Assembly: GCA_030749235.1 (NCBI GenBank)
Contig: JASMKM010000013.1
Span: 111,470-175,469, forward strand
Source of the DNA: Planctomycetota bacterium
Lineage (GTDB): Bacteria > Planctomycetota > UBA1135
DNA length: 64,000 bases
Reading direction: 5' to 3'
This document shows, piece after piece, positions 27,110 to 36,029 of this stretch (position 1 is its first letter; each line of letters begins with the position of its first letter). The notes under the pieces were generated by a model that was not told the origin of the DNA, did no database searches, and saw only the letters and a program-made list of their open reading frames with translations. Both the position numbers and the translations under genes were made by a program.

Positions 27110-30010
27110 CTACTCGCTGGCGCTTTCCTCGGCAGCCTTCACCCCCTTCAGTTCCTCCTTTGCGCCTTCGACTTCATACTGCGCACGCAACTCAAGTAGT
27201 TGACGTTGCAGCTGCGCACGCACCTCAGCGTAAGCCGGATCGCCAGCGACGTTGCGAATCTCGTCGGGATCGTTGACCAGGTCTAACAGCTCCCACTCGT
27301 CGCTATTCGGATAGTGAATCAACTTCCACTGGTCGTTGCGCAGGCCGTAATGGGCTGCCACGTTATGGGTGGCCTCACCGCTGTATTCGTAGTAGATAGC
27401 TTTTCGCCACTTGGGTACGCCATGACCGCGCAGGATCGGCAGCATGCTCTTTCCTTGCATGTCCTTCGGTACCTTCACTCCGGCGAGCTGCAGGAAAGTA
27501 GGGGCGAAGTCGAGGTTCTGCACCAGCTCGCCGCGGCTCGCGCCTTTGGCGACCACGTCGGGCCAGCGCACCAGTAGTGGCACCTTCAGCGAAGGCTCGT
27601 ACATGAAGCGCTTGTCGTACCAACCATGCTCACCAAGAAAGAAACCCTGGTCGGAGGAATAGATCACCACGGTGTTGTCGCTCAAACCGAGCTTGTCTAG
27701 GTGGTCGAGGATGCGCCCGACGTTGCGGTCGATGCCTTGGATGCAACGCAGGTAATCCTTGATGTAGCGTTGGTACTTCCAACGCACCAGCGCGTCGCCC
27801 TCCAGGTTCGCTGCACGGAATGCGGCATTGCGTGGTTCGTAGGCGGCTTGCCAAGCTGCCCACTCCTCACGACTCATGTGCTTCTCTCGCCCGATGGACC
27901 ACCGGTCCGGGCCGGTGAGCTCCTCACCTTCCAACGGCGGCACCTTCAGGTCGTAGAACAACCACATATGCCGTGCGATGGACATCTCCTGTTCACGTGC
28001 AGCGCTGGCCAGTCCAGAAGCGTCGTCGAACAAGGTGGCCGGCTCCGGCATGTCCATGCCATCGAAGAGGCCGACTTCCTGAGGCCCGGCCATCCAAGCG
28101 CGATGCGGTGCCTTAAACTGGCACATCAACAGGAAGGGCTGATCCCTGTTACGACCGTTCTCCATCCACTCCATCGCCTTCTCGGCAACGCGATCGGTGT
28201 TGTAGCCGTCAATCGCATACTTGCCGTCTTCATTGATGAACTCGGGTGAGTAGTAGCGTCCTTGACCGGGGAGAATGTCCCAGTAATCGAAGCCTTGCGG
28301 CTCCGACTTCAAGTGCCACTTGCCGATTACCGCGGTCTGATAGCCAGCGCCCTGCAGCAACTTCGGAAAGGTCTGCTGATCGCCATCGAACACGCTGGTG
28401 TTGTCCATGAAGCCGTTGATGTGACTATGCTTGCCGGTTAACACCACGGCGCGAGCAGGGCCGCAGATTGCATTGGTGCAGAATGCATTGTCGAAGCGCA
28501 AGCCTTGGTTCGCCAAGCGATCGATGTTTGGCGTGTCGATCAGTTTGGAGCTGTAGGCACTGACGGCTGCCGACGCATGATCGTCGCTATACATCAGAAG
28601 AATGTTCGGCCGCCCCTTCGCCACTGGCACCTGCTCTTGTTTCTGTAGAGCCAGTAAGTCGGTTTTTAGGCGTTGCTCCACCTCGGCGACCTGCGGTTGA
28701 CCGGCCAGGTTGTCAATCTCGCTAGGGTCTGCCTTCAGGTCGAACAGTTGCACCTCCTGCACCTTTGGATAGTCGATGTACTTCCAACGCGATTCGGTGA
28801 CAGCACGTTGCACGTCGCGATAGGCGGTCAGGATCTGCTCACGATGTGCGCCCCTCTCTTCGCGCAACACTGGCGCTAGGCTTTTGCCTTGAACAGATTG
28901 CGGGATTGGCAAGTCGGTTAAGTCGGCGACGGTGGGGAACAGGTCGTGGAGGTAGGTGAGTGCCTCGCTGCTGCTGCCGGCCTTCACGCCGGGGCTGGCA
29001 ATAATCAGGGGCGCACCCATCGAATGCTCATAGAGGTTCTGTTTGCCGAGTAGGCCATGGCTGCCCACGGCTAAGCCATGATCGGCTACGAACACGATTA
29101 CGGTGTTGTCGATCTCGCCGCTGCTCTCGAGTTCATCAAGGATGCGACCGATTTGCGCGTCCATATGGGTGATCAAGCCATGGTAGTCGGCGATGTGCTG
29201 CTTGACCTCGGACTCCACTCTCGGAGTGGCGGCAAGCTGTTCATCGCGCACAATCAATTCGCCGTTGTCAAAAGGGTGCTCGGTCAGGTAGTTGCTCGGC
29301 AGGCTCACCAACTCCGGGTCCACCTTGAAACCTTCAGGTGGCGTGCGCGGGTCATGCGGCGCGGTGAAGGAGACCCACGCGAAGAAGGGCTTGTCCTTCG
29401 TTCGGCGCTTGAGAAAACTAACCGTGGCATTGGCGAACGCTTCGCTTGAAAAAACCGGGTTCGGCGAGACGGCCTCTGTAGGGTAGGCGCCGGTCGGGTC
29501 GAAGGGGCGCGTCTTTAATCCCACATGCGGTCCCATGCCGCCGAAAAAGATGTCGCCGCCATCGCTGAAGGAACGCTCAAACCAACTCGGGCCGTTATGC
29601 CACTTGCCGGTGCCGAAGGTCTGGTAGCCAGCAGCGCGGAAGGCCTCGGGCATCAGGGTGCAATCGACCTTGGGGTTGAACGGCCTTTCGATGAAGGAAG
29701 AGAGGCTACGGCCGGACAACATCATGCCGCGCGATGGGGCGCAAACCGCACCGCTGTAGGAACCGGCGCAATAGGCTCGCGAGAAGGCCATGCCGCGCGC
29801 CGCCAGGCGGTCTAGATTCGGTGTGGCGACGGCGTTAGCGCCGGGGCCTATTACCGCGTCGACTCGAAGGTCATCGGCGACCAGGAAGATCACGTTTTGT
29901 GGCGTATTGGATGAGATCTTTCCTTGGGTATAGGAGGGAGCGTGCGTGCAGGCCTGGAGCAGAACCACAAGCGCGCAGGCAAAGAGGCTGGCGGGGTAGC
30001 GAAAATGCAC
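27110..30010 (-). CDS. Tandem double sulfatase (two complete formylglycine-dependent sulfatase domains in one 966-aa protein)
   Basis: Domain 1 has IFLVADDLR..CAPSRGMMLSGR. Domain 2 has ILLMYSDDHA..CGPARAVVLTGKH, with HGLAVG/DQGFFLGEHGW-type downstream motifs. A signal peptide is present. Confidence 0.9.
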   Translation of the reverse strand: MHFRYPASLFACALVVLLQACTHAPSYTQGKISSNTPQNVIFLVADDLRVDAVIGPGANAVATPNLDRLAARGMAFSRAYCAGSYSGAVCAPSRGMMLSGRSLSSFIERPFNPKVDCTLMPEAFRAAGYQTFGTGKWHNGPSWFERSFSDGGDIFFGGMGPHVGLKTRPFDPTGAYPTEAVSPNPVFSSEAFANATVSFLKRRTKDKPFFAWVSFTAPHDPRTPPEGFKVDPELVSLPSNYLTEHPFDNGELIVRDEQLAATPRVESEVKQHIADYHGLITHMDAQIGRILDELESSGEIDNTVIVFVADHGLAVGSHGLLGKQNLYEHSMGAPLIIASPGVKAGSSSEALTYLHDLFPTVADLTDLPIPQSVQGKSLAPVLREERGAHREQILTAYRDVQRAVTESRWKYIDYPKVQEVQLFDLKADPSEIDNLAGQPQVAEVEQRLKTDLLALQKQEQVPVAKGRPNILLMYSDDHASAAVSAYSSKLIDTPNIDRLANQGLRFDNAFCTNAICGPARAVVLTGKHSHINGFMDNTSVFDGDQQTFPKLLQGAGYQTAVIGKWHLKSEPQGFDYWDILPGQGRYYSPEFINEDGKYAIDGYNTDRVAEKAMEWMENGRNRDQPFLLMCQFKAPHRAWMAGPQEVGLFDGMDMPEPATLFDDASGLASAAREQEMSIARHMWLFYDLKVPPLEGEELTGPDRWSIGREKHMSREEWAAWQAAYEPRNAAFRAANLEGDALVRWKYQRYIKDYLRCIQGIDRNVGRILDHLDKLGLSDNTVVIYSSDQGFFLGEHGWYDKRFMYEPSLKVPLLVRWPDVVAKGASRGELVQNLDFAPTFLQLAGVKVPKDMQGKSMLPILRGHGVPKWRKAIYYEYSGEATHNVAAHYGLRNDQWKLIHYPNSDEWELLDLVNDPDEIRNVAGDPAYAEVRAQLQRQLLELRAQYEVEGAKEELKGVKAAEESASE

Positions 30011-30056
30011 GTGGCTAAGTTACTACGATTCCGCCGAAGCCGCATATGCTTGTGAC

Positions 30057-31580
30057 ATGCATTACGTCGCCGCCCTCCTGTTGTTGTCCGCGAGCGCACA
30101 GACCAGCCCGCAGACCGACGCGACTTTTGTCCGGCATGCGGGTCAGCCGAATATCATCTTCATCATGGCAGATCAGATGCGTGCCGATTTCCTCGGTTGC
30201 GCCGACAACGCCTCGGTACACAGCCCGAACCTGGATCGCATCGCTGCCGAGGGCGCGCATTTCCGTCGGGCCTATTCGTCGACGCCATCCTGCACGCCGG
30301 CGCGCGCTGCGGTTCTCACTGGTCAGGCGCCATGGAACCATGGCATGTTGGGCTACTCAAAGGTGGCCGAACGCTATTCGAAGGAGCTGCCGCGGCTGAT
30401 GGAGTCGGCCGGTTACTTTTCTTGGGCCATCGGCAAGAACCATTTCCATCCGCAGCGCAACACGCATGGCTATCGTGGCGTCGAGCTAGATGAATCAGGA
30501 CGCGTGCAGGATTCCGGCTTCGTTTCTGATTACCGCCAGTGGTTCGCGCGTGTCGCTCCCAAGCAAGATCCCGACGCCACCGGCATCGGCTGGAACGAGT
30601 ATCCGGCCAAGGCCTATGTCCTAGACGAGAAGCTGCATCCCACCACCTGGACTGGCGACCGCGCCGTGGCTTTTCTGCAGGACTACAAGAAGGACCAGCC
30701 CTTCTTCCTGAAGGTGAGTTTCGCCAGGCCGCATAGTCCCTATGATCCACCGCAACGCTTCCTGGATGCGGTGGACATCCAGGACGTACCCGATTTTGCC
30801 TTGGGCGCGTGGTCGGAAGCTGCCAACGGAAACTTCCGGAACCCAGACAAGCTCAGTGCCGCGCGCAACAACCTAGGCAAAGCGGTGACGATGGAATCAC
30901 GCAGGGCCTATGCCGCCAACATCGCCTTCATCGATGAACAGGTCGGGCGCATCCTGGCCAGCCTGGAACAGCGCGAGCTGTTGGAGGACACCTTGATCAT
31001 CTTCACTTCCGATCACGGCGACATGTTGGGGGATCATCACCTTTGGCGCAAGACCTATGCCTACGAAGGCTCGGCCGGGATTCCGATGCTGATGCGCTGG
31101 GGCAGCAAGACCCTCGAGGCGCCACGTGGCCAGAACCGTGATGAATTGGTTGAGTTGCGTGACCTGTTGCCCACGTTCCTCGACGCTGCTGGGGCCAAGA
31201 TTCCCGATTCGGTCGATGGTCGCAGCTTATTGGATCCGGTCAGCGGGCGCGGTGAAGGGTGGCGCGATCGCCTGGATCTTGAGCATTCCAGGTGTTATTG
31301 GGCTGGCAACAAGTGGACCGCTTTGGTCAGCGCGCGTTGGAAGTACATTTTCCACGCGCATGACGGATCGGAGCAACTCTTCGACCTGGTAAACGATCCG
31401 AAAGAGCAAAACGACTTGGCCACGCGGGAGGACCATCAGGTCGTGCTCGAGGTCTGGCGGGGTCGCATGGCCAATCATCTCGAGGAGCGCGGCGAGCAGT
31501 GGGTGAAGGATGGAGCCCCTGCAATGCGCAAGGGCAACACTCTGCATAGCCCGAACTACCCGCCGGCGGACTGGTTCTAG
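30057..31580 (+). CDS. Sulfatase (arylsulfatase family)
   Basis: It has a signal peptide, IIFIMADQMRAD, CTPARAAVLTG and FTSDHGDMLGDHHLWRK. It is divergent from the double sulfatase across only 46 bp. Confidence 0.92.
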   Translation: MHYVAALLLLSASAQTSPQTDATFVRHAGQPNIIFIMADQMRADFLGCADNASVHSPNLDRIAAEGAHFRRAYSSTPSCTPARAAVLTGQAPWNHGMLGYSKVAERYSKELPRLMESAGYFSWAIGKNHFHPQRNTHGYRGVELDESGRVQDSGFVSDYRQWFARVAPKQDPDATGIGWNEYPAKAYVLDEKLHPTTWTGDRAVAFLQDYKKDQPFFLKVSFARPHSPYDPPQRFLDAVDIQDVPDFALGAWSEAANGNFRNPDKLSAARNNLGKAVTMESRRAYAANIAFIDEQVGRILASLEQRELLEDTLIIFTSDHGDMLGDHHLWRKTYAYEGSAGIPMLMRWGSKTLEAPRGQNRDELVELRDLLPTFLDAAGAKIPDSVDGRSLLDPVSGRGEGWRDRLDLEHSRCYWAGNKWTALVSARWKYIFHAHDGSEQLFDLVNDPKEQNDLATREDHQVVLEVWRGRMANHLEERGEQWVKDGAPAMRKGNTLHSPNYPPADWF

Positions 31581-31636
31581 GTCTTGCAGAGGCATCCGGG
31601 CCGGTAGTCCTGCGAGTGCCAAGCATCAGGCGTTCC

Positions 31637-33217
31637 TTAGCGCGCGCCGAGGATCTGCGAATAGCGGTAGTAGACTTCCAGCATTAAGGTGCAGATGGCG
31701 GTGGAGTAGACACGTCCACCATCCTCGCCCCAAGGGCCGACCGGATCCCAAGAACCGAAGAAGTTGTCTTCCTTGTCCTTGCGATGCTGGTTCGGGATTA
31801 ATGCGGTCTCGATTGCCTTGCGCCAATCCTTCCAATGCTTGCCGCCCCACTGGTTCATGGCGAAGGTGCCGTAGTACCAGTAGTACATGTCGATCGAGCC
31901 GTCGCTTTCATCCCACACTGGTGGTTTGGAGGCGACGAGGTCGGCCTGCCTCTTGAGCATCTCGTAGTTCGGATGATCGCTCCAACGGTTTACCTTGTCG
32001 CCGTCGGTCATGAAGATGCGTGACAGCAATGCAACCGCGGTCAGCGACTCCGACTTCTCGGCCGGGAACTTATCGACATAACTCGGTGGACGCGAGGACA
32101 AGGAACCGACACCGCCACCGCCTTCACCCCATGCGTAGCCAACGCGACCGGTGTTCTTGTCTTCCATCGACGCGAACCAGGCCTCGGCACCGTCGAAGGC
32201 GGCCTTGTCCACGTTGATGTCTGATTCACTTGCGGTCTTCAGCGCGAACACCATCCAGCCGGTAATCGACGAATCGCTGTCGCCGTTCGGCTCCAGGTTG
32301 TAGCGCCAAGCGCCGTATGGATTGCGCGCCTTAACGATGACGTTGACCGCCTTGGTAACAGGCCTCTTCAGCGTAGGGGACTTGTTCGAGAAGTAGTAGG
32401 CCTCGCCTAAAGCCATGGTTGCGATCGACTGGTTGTACAGGGTGGAGTTGCCGGCTTCATCGCCGATCAGGCCATTGCCTTGCTGCACGTCAACCAACCA
32501 GGTCACGCCATCCTTGACGGTGTTCTGGTACTCACCACGGTTCATGGTCTGGTTGTTGCCCATAAAGGCCAACAGGGCCAAACCAGTCAGACCGACGTCG
32601 TTCACGGGGTTTCCCGGCCCATTGCTGGATGGTCGATTGTCGTAGCGATCGTTGTACATGAAACCGTCGGCGTCCCAGAAGCCACCCGCGGATTGATGGA
32701 TGCTCAACCATTCGAGTCCACGCTTCACCGCTTCCTCGGTCTTGGATGGGCCACCACCACCAGGGCCGCCGCGTTTGCCCATGTTGCCACCAGCGCCGCC
32801 ACCGAGTCCGACGTCGATGCCGGTATATTCGGCATCGATTGGCGCATCCGCTTTCATGTTCGGATCACCTATATCCTCGAGGGTCTGCGGATTCTCGATT
32901 GGATCCATTTCCACGTCGGCCAAGGTCGGATCCACGTCCTCAACCTTTTCGACGATCGGGTCGACGACAGGCTCGTCATCGATATCCGGTGGAGTCTCCA
33001 CTGGCGCCGCCACAAACAGCGGTGGATCCGGTTCCTCGTGGCTGGTCAGGACCAGGATGCCGGCTACCATCAGGGCAATCAGGAAGTGCGCGCAGATCGA
33101 TGCGATCAGGTAAGGCGCACGGCGAAGGTGCTCGCTCAATACATCATTGAAGGAAGTGTCGTATTCCCACGAACGATGCTGGTCGAAGCCAGTGTAGTTA
33201 GGGTCTTTTTCGTTCAT
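31637..33217 (-). CDS. Membrane-anchored prenyltransferase/terpene-cyclase-like alpha/alpha-toroid repeat protein (paralogue 1)
   Basis: The order of parts is a short cytoplasmic N-terminus, a TM helix (YLIASICAHFLIALMVAGILVL), an acidic Pro/Asp-rich spacer, a GLGGGAGGN Gly-run and a ~370-aa toroid-like domain (GLTGLALLAF, YNQSIATMALGEAY, GDSDSSITGWMVFAL, MYYWYYGTFAM). By analogy with paralogue 2, I preferred the start at 33217 over the track start at 33244. Confidence 0.8.
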   Translation of the reverse strand: MNEKDPNYTGFDQHRSWEYDTSFNDVLSEHLRRAPYLIASICAHFLIALMVAGILVLTSHEEPDPPLFVAAPVETPPDIDDEPVVDPIVEKVEDVDPTLADVEMDPIENPQTLEDIGDPNMKADAPIDAEYTGIDVGLGGGAGGNMGKRGGPGGGGPSKTEEAVKRGLEWLSIHQSAGGFWDADGFMYNDRYDNRPSSNGPGNPVNDVGLTGLALLAFMGNNQTMNRGEYQNTVKDGVTWLVDVQQGNGLIGDEAGNSTLYNQSIATMALGEAYYFSNKSPTLKRPVTKAVNVIVKARNPYGAWRYNLEPNGDSDSSITGWMVFALKTASESDINVDKAAFDGAEAWFASMEDKNTGRVGYAWGEGGGGVGSLSSRPPSYVDKFPAEKSESLTAVALLSRIFMTDGDKVNRWSDHPNYEMLKRQADLVASKPPVWDESDGSIDMYYWYYGTFAMNQWGGKHWKDWRKAIETALIPNQHRKDKEDNFFGSWDPVGPWGEDGGRVYSTAICTLMLEVYYRYSQILGAR

Positions 33218-33281
33218 AGTACCTTGCATAACGCGAGCGGCCATGAACGGTTCGATTTAATTGCTCAACGCCACAACAACG

Positions 33282-33311
33282 AAAAAAGGGAGACGACCGA
33301 AGTCGTCTCCC
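33282..33311 (-). terminator. Rho-independent terminator between the two toroid-protein paralogues
   Basis: A 10-bp stem pairs gggagacgac (33288-33297) with gtcgtctccc (33302-33311) around a cgaa loop. On the minus strand a T6 run follows. Confidence 0.8.
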
Positions 33312-33332
33312 TTGGAGTCGAGCCCGTAAGCT

Positions 33333-34913
33333 CTATCGTGCACCGAGCACCTGTGCGTAGCGGTAGTACACCTCCAACATCAGGGCGCAGATTGCGGTCG
33401 AGTAGACGCGGCCACCTTCCTCACCCCATGGACCCGCAGGATCCCAGGAGCCGAAGAAGTTGTCTTCCTTGTCCTCGCGGCGCTGGTTCGGGATTAGGGC
33501 ATCTTCGATGGCCTTCTTCCAATCCTTCCAATGCTTGCCGCCCCACTGGTTCATGGCAAAGGTGCCGTAGTACCAGTAGTACATGTCGATTGAACCATCC
33601 TCGTCCCAGAGCGGAGGCTTCGAGATGATTAGGTCAGCTTGCTTCTTGAGCATCGCGTAGTTCGGGTGATCGCTCCACTTCTTGACCTCGTCGTGGTCGG
33701 TCATGAAGATGCGCGACAGCAGGGCTACAGCGGTCAAGGACTCGGACTTCTCAGCCGGGAACGTGTCGATGTACTGCGGTGGACGCGAAGGAAGCGAACC
33801 AGGTCCGCCACCGCCTTCGCCCCAGGCGTAACCAACACGACCGGTGTTCTTGTCCTCCATCGACGCGAACCAAGTCTCGGCGCCATCGTAGGCAGCCTTG
33901 TCGATTGGGATTTTGCCGTCTTCAGCGGTCTTCAGCGCAAAGACCATCCAGCCGGTGATGGAGGAGTCACTGTCGCCGTTTGGCTCTAGGTCGTAGCGCC
34001 AAGCACCATATGGGTTACGAGCCTTCACGATAACGTTGACCGCTTTGGTGGTCGGCCTTTTCAGGCGCGGCGAGCGGTTCGAGAAGTAGTAAGCCTCACC
34101 AATGGCCATGGTCGCGATCGACTGGTTGTAGAGGGTGGAGTTACCGGCTTCATCGCCGAACAGGCCGTTGTCCTGTTGCACATCCTGCAACCAAGTGATG
34201 CCGTCCTTCACGACCTCCTTGTACTTGCCCTGGCTCATGGTGTGGTTGTTGCCCAAGAAGGCGAGCAAGGCAAGCCCGGTCAGGCCGACGTCGTTCACTG
34301 GGTTGCCCTCGCCAGTGCTTGCCGGCTTGTCGTCGTAGATGTCGTTGTACATGAAATGGTCGGCATCCCAGAAGCCGCCTGGCGACTGGTGATCCTTGAG
34401 CCACTTCAGCGCATCGAGTACCGCCTTCTCGGTTGCGGAACCACCTTTCCTGCCACCACGGCCACCACGGCCACCGTACTTGCCACCGGCACCGCCACCG
34501 AGACCAACGTCGTTGTTCCACGCATCGGAATCGAAAGCCGCATCGGCGTTCATGTCAGGGTCACCGGTCTCCTCGAGGGTTTCCTGCTCGACGACTTCCT
34601 CGAGGTCAGTCTCCTGAATCACAGGCTCCTCGATGATTTCCTCGATGATTTCCTCTTCCGGTTCCTCTTCTTCTTCCACCTCGGGTGGAGGCTCGGCAGC
34701 GGCAGCTACGAACTGGGGCGGTGGAGCCTCATTGCTCGCCGTCAGCACCATGATGCCAGCCACGATCAGGCCGATCAGGAAGTGCACGAAGATGGAGGCA
34801 ATGATGTATGGAGCGCGGCGAAGCTGCTCCGCGAGGACATCGTTGAAGGAGGTTTCATGCTCCCACGGACGGTGGTACTCGTAATCGGTGTAATCAGTTT
34901 GGTATTCGGTCAT
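33333..34913 (-). CDS. Membrane-anchored prenyltransferase/terpene-cyclase-like alpha/alpha-toroid repeat protein (paralogue 2)
   Basis: The architecture matches 31637-33217, but the spacer is Glu-rich (EEEEEPEEEIIEEIIEE). By eye, about four of five residues are identical to paralogue 1 across the C-terminal ~370 aa. Confidence 0.85.
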   Translation of the reverse strand: MTEYQTDYTDYEYHRPWEHETSFNDVLAEQLRRAPYIIASIFVHFLIGLIVAGIMVLTASNEAPPPQFVAAAAEPPPEVEEEEEPEEEIIEEIIEEPVIQETDLEEVVEQETLEETGDPDMNADAAFDSDAWNNDVGLGGGAGGKYGGRGGRGGRKGGSATEKAVLDALKWLKDHQSPGGFWDADHFMYNDIYDDKPASTGEGNPVNDVGLTGLALLAFLGNNHTMSQGKYKEVVKDGITWLQDVQQDNGLFGDEAGNSTLYNQSIATMAIGEAYYFSNRSPRLKRPTTKAVNVIVKARNPYGAWRYDLEPNGDSDSSITGWMVFALKTAEDGKIPIDKAAYDGAETWFASMEDKNTGRVGYAWGEGGGGPGSLPSRPPQYIDTFPAEKSESLTAVALLSRIFMTDHDEVKKWSDHPNYAMLKKQADLIISKPPLWDEDGSIDMYYWYYGTFAMNQWGGKHWKDWKKAIEDALIPNQRREDKEDNFFGSWDPAGPWGEEGGRVYSTAICALMLEVYYRYAQVLGAR

Positions 34914-34970
34914 AGGCTCCCTGGCACAACGCGAAAGCGGCGGTCCGGTTCGCAGAAAGGGCGGATTATT

Positions 34971-36029
34971 CTACAGTTCGTAAGACTTCTGGCTGGATTT
35001 TCCTGCGCCGAAAACCTCGTTTAGGCTGTCTTCCAGCCCTGGAATCAGCGGAGTGATCCAGATGTAGGAAGACTGCCACACTGCGGACAACTCCGCGCGT
35101 ACCGCCTTGTCGACCGCGATTCGCTTAAGGTCTTCTGCAATAAAGAGTTGTGCTTCCTCAAAGGAGTAGGTCCGGGCTAGGGTGCGCTCCTTAATTAGGA
35201 TTAACTGCACCAGGTTCGGATTACTGCTGGGAAGCTCCATGCAGCTCCCGACTTCGGCGGTTTTTAGGAAATCGGCCAGGTCTTTGGCGATCCCAGGTCG
35301 GATCTCGTTGGATTCGGTCACCCGATCGGCTTTTGCAAGCGCCGATGGGATGGTCATTTGGTCGGAATTGACCATGCGGAGAGTCTCGGCGGCGCGCTCG
35401 GTATGCGGTGCCAAGCTAGGATCCTTGACGAAGCGTAGCGAAGCCCATGTGAAGACCTCGGGGCTCTCACGATACTTTTCGTTGCTCTGGTAGGCCTCGC
35501 GAATCTCGCCCGGGGTGGGTTCGGCAATCTTGCGCTTGCCCTGTTGAGGTGTATCGATCCCGCCGCTGACGATGCCAGCTACAGTCTGCTCGATGAAGGT
35601 GTGGCGTAAGGCGATGCGAAAATCGGCGATGGAGGAATAGCCATCGCGGCCAATGCGCTGAAGGAAACGCTGGCGCGAGCCATCTTCGAGGATCAGCGCG
35701 TCGATGCGGGCGCCGACCTGCGGATCCAGCAGCGATTCATCCAATCCCAAGCGCATGAAACTTTCCTGGTAAAGAATGCGCCGGATGCCCTGGTTCAGGG
35801 CGTAGGCCCAAGCCTCTTGTTCACTGACGTTCGGGTTCGCCAGCAGCGTGCGCGCAGCGATTTCACCGACCTGCGATTCGGTCAGGATTTGGTCATTGAT
35901 GATGACAAGGGCCTGATCCACGCTCGCGGCGAAGGGATCCGGGCCGGTCTCGTCACCAAATGGGTCCTGTGCTTGGACGGAGCCGATGCCGACTGCGCAA
36001 AGGAACATGCTAATCAGGAAGGTTTTCAC
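34971..36029 (-). CDS. Secreted SurA-N-terminal-domain-like chaperone protein
   Basis: The 352-aa ORF has a signal peptide ([20 protein letters not shown]) and is helical and chaperone-like (ALVIINDQILTESQV..). I saw no clear PPIase signature. It overlaps the mfd stop by 4 nt. Confidence 0.6.
   Translation of the reverse strand: MKTFLISMFLCAVGIGSVQAQDPFGDETGPDPFAASVDQALVIINDQILTESQVGEIAARTLLANPNVSEQEAWAYALNQGIRRILYQESFMRLGLDESLLDPQVGARIDALILEDGSRQRFLQRIGRDGYSSIADFRIALRHTFIEQTVAGIVSGGIDTPQQGKRKIAEPTPGEIREAYQSNEKYRESPEVFTWASLRFVKDPSLAPHTERAAETLRMVNSDQMTIPSALAKADRVTESNEIRPGIAKDLADFLKTAEVGSCMELPSSNPNLVQLILIKERTLARTYSFEEAQLFIAEDLKRIAVDKAVRAELSAVWQSSYIWITPLIPGLEDSLNEVFGAGKSSQKSYEL

Larger units (their letters stand above)
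31637..34913 (-). repeat. Tandem direct gene duplication (two ~1.6-kb units)
   Basis: Long stretches are near-identical at nucleotide level. For example, ccaatgcttgccgccccactggttcatggc.aaggtgccgtagtaccagtagtacatgtcgat occurs in both copies, near 31830-31895 and 33530-33595. Confidence 0.85.

Noticed and set aside
28615-28640. A sigma-54 promoter-like TGGCAC...TTG string. I also looked at other TGGCAC occurrences in the window as targets of the minimal activator.
   Set aside because: The spacing to the TTGC element is wrong, and the sites lie inside coding regions on the non-relevant strand. I found no credible -24/-12 promoter in any intergenic region here.
31637-34913. The ~1.6-kb direct repeat as a mobile element or IS pair.
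   Set aside because: Both units are intact paralogous genes in the same orientation, with their own terminator. There are no terminal inverted repeats, no transposase and no target-site duplication. It is a tandem gene duplication.
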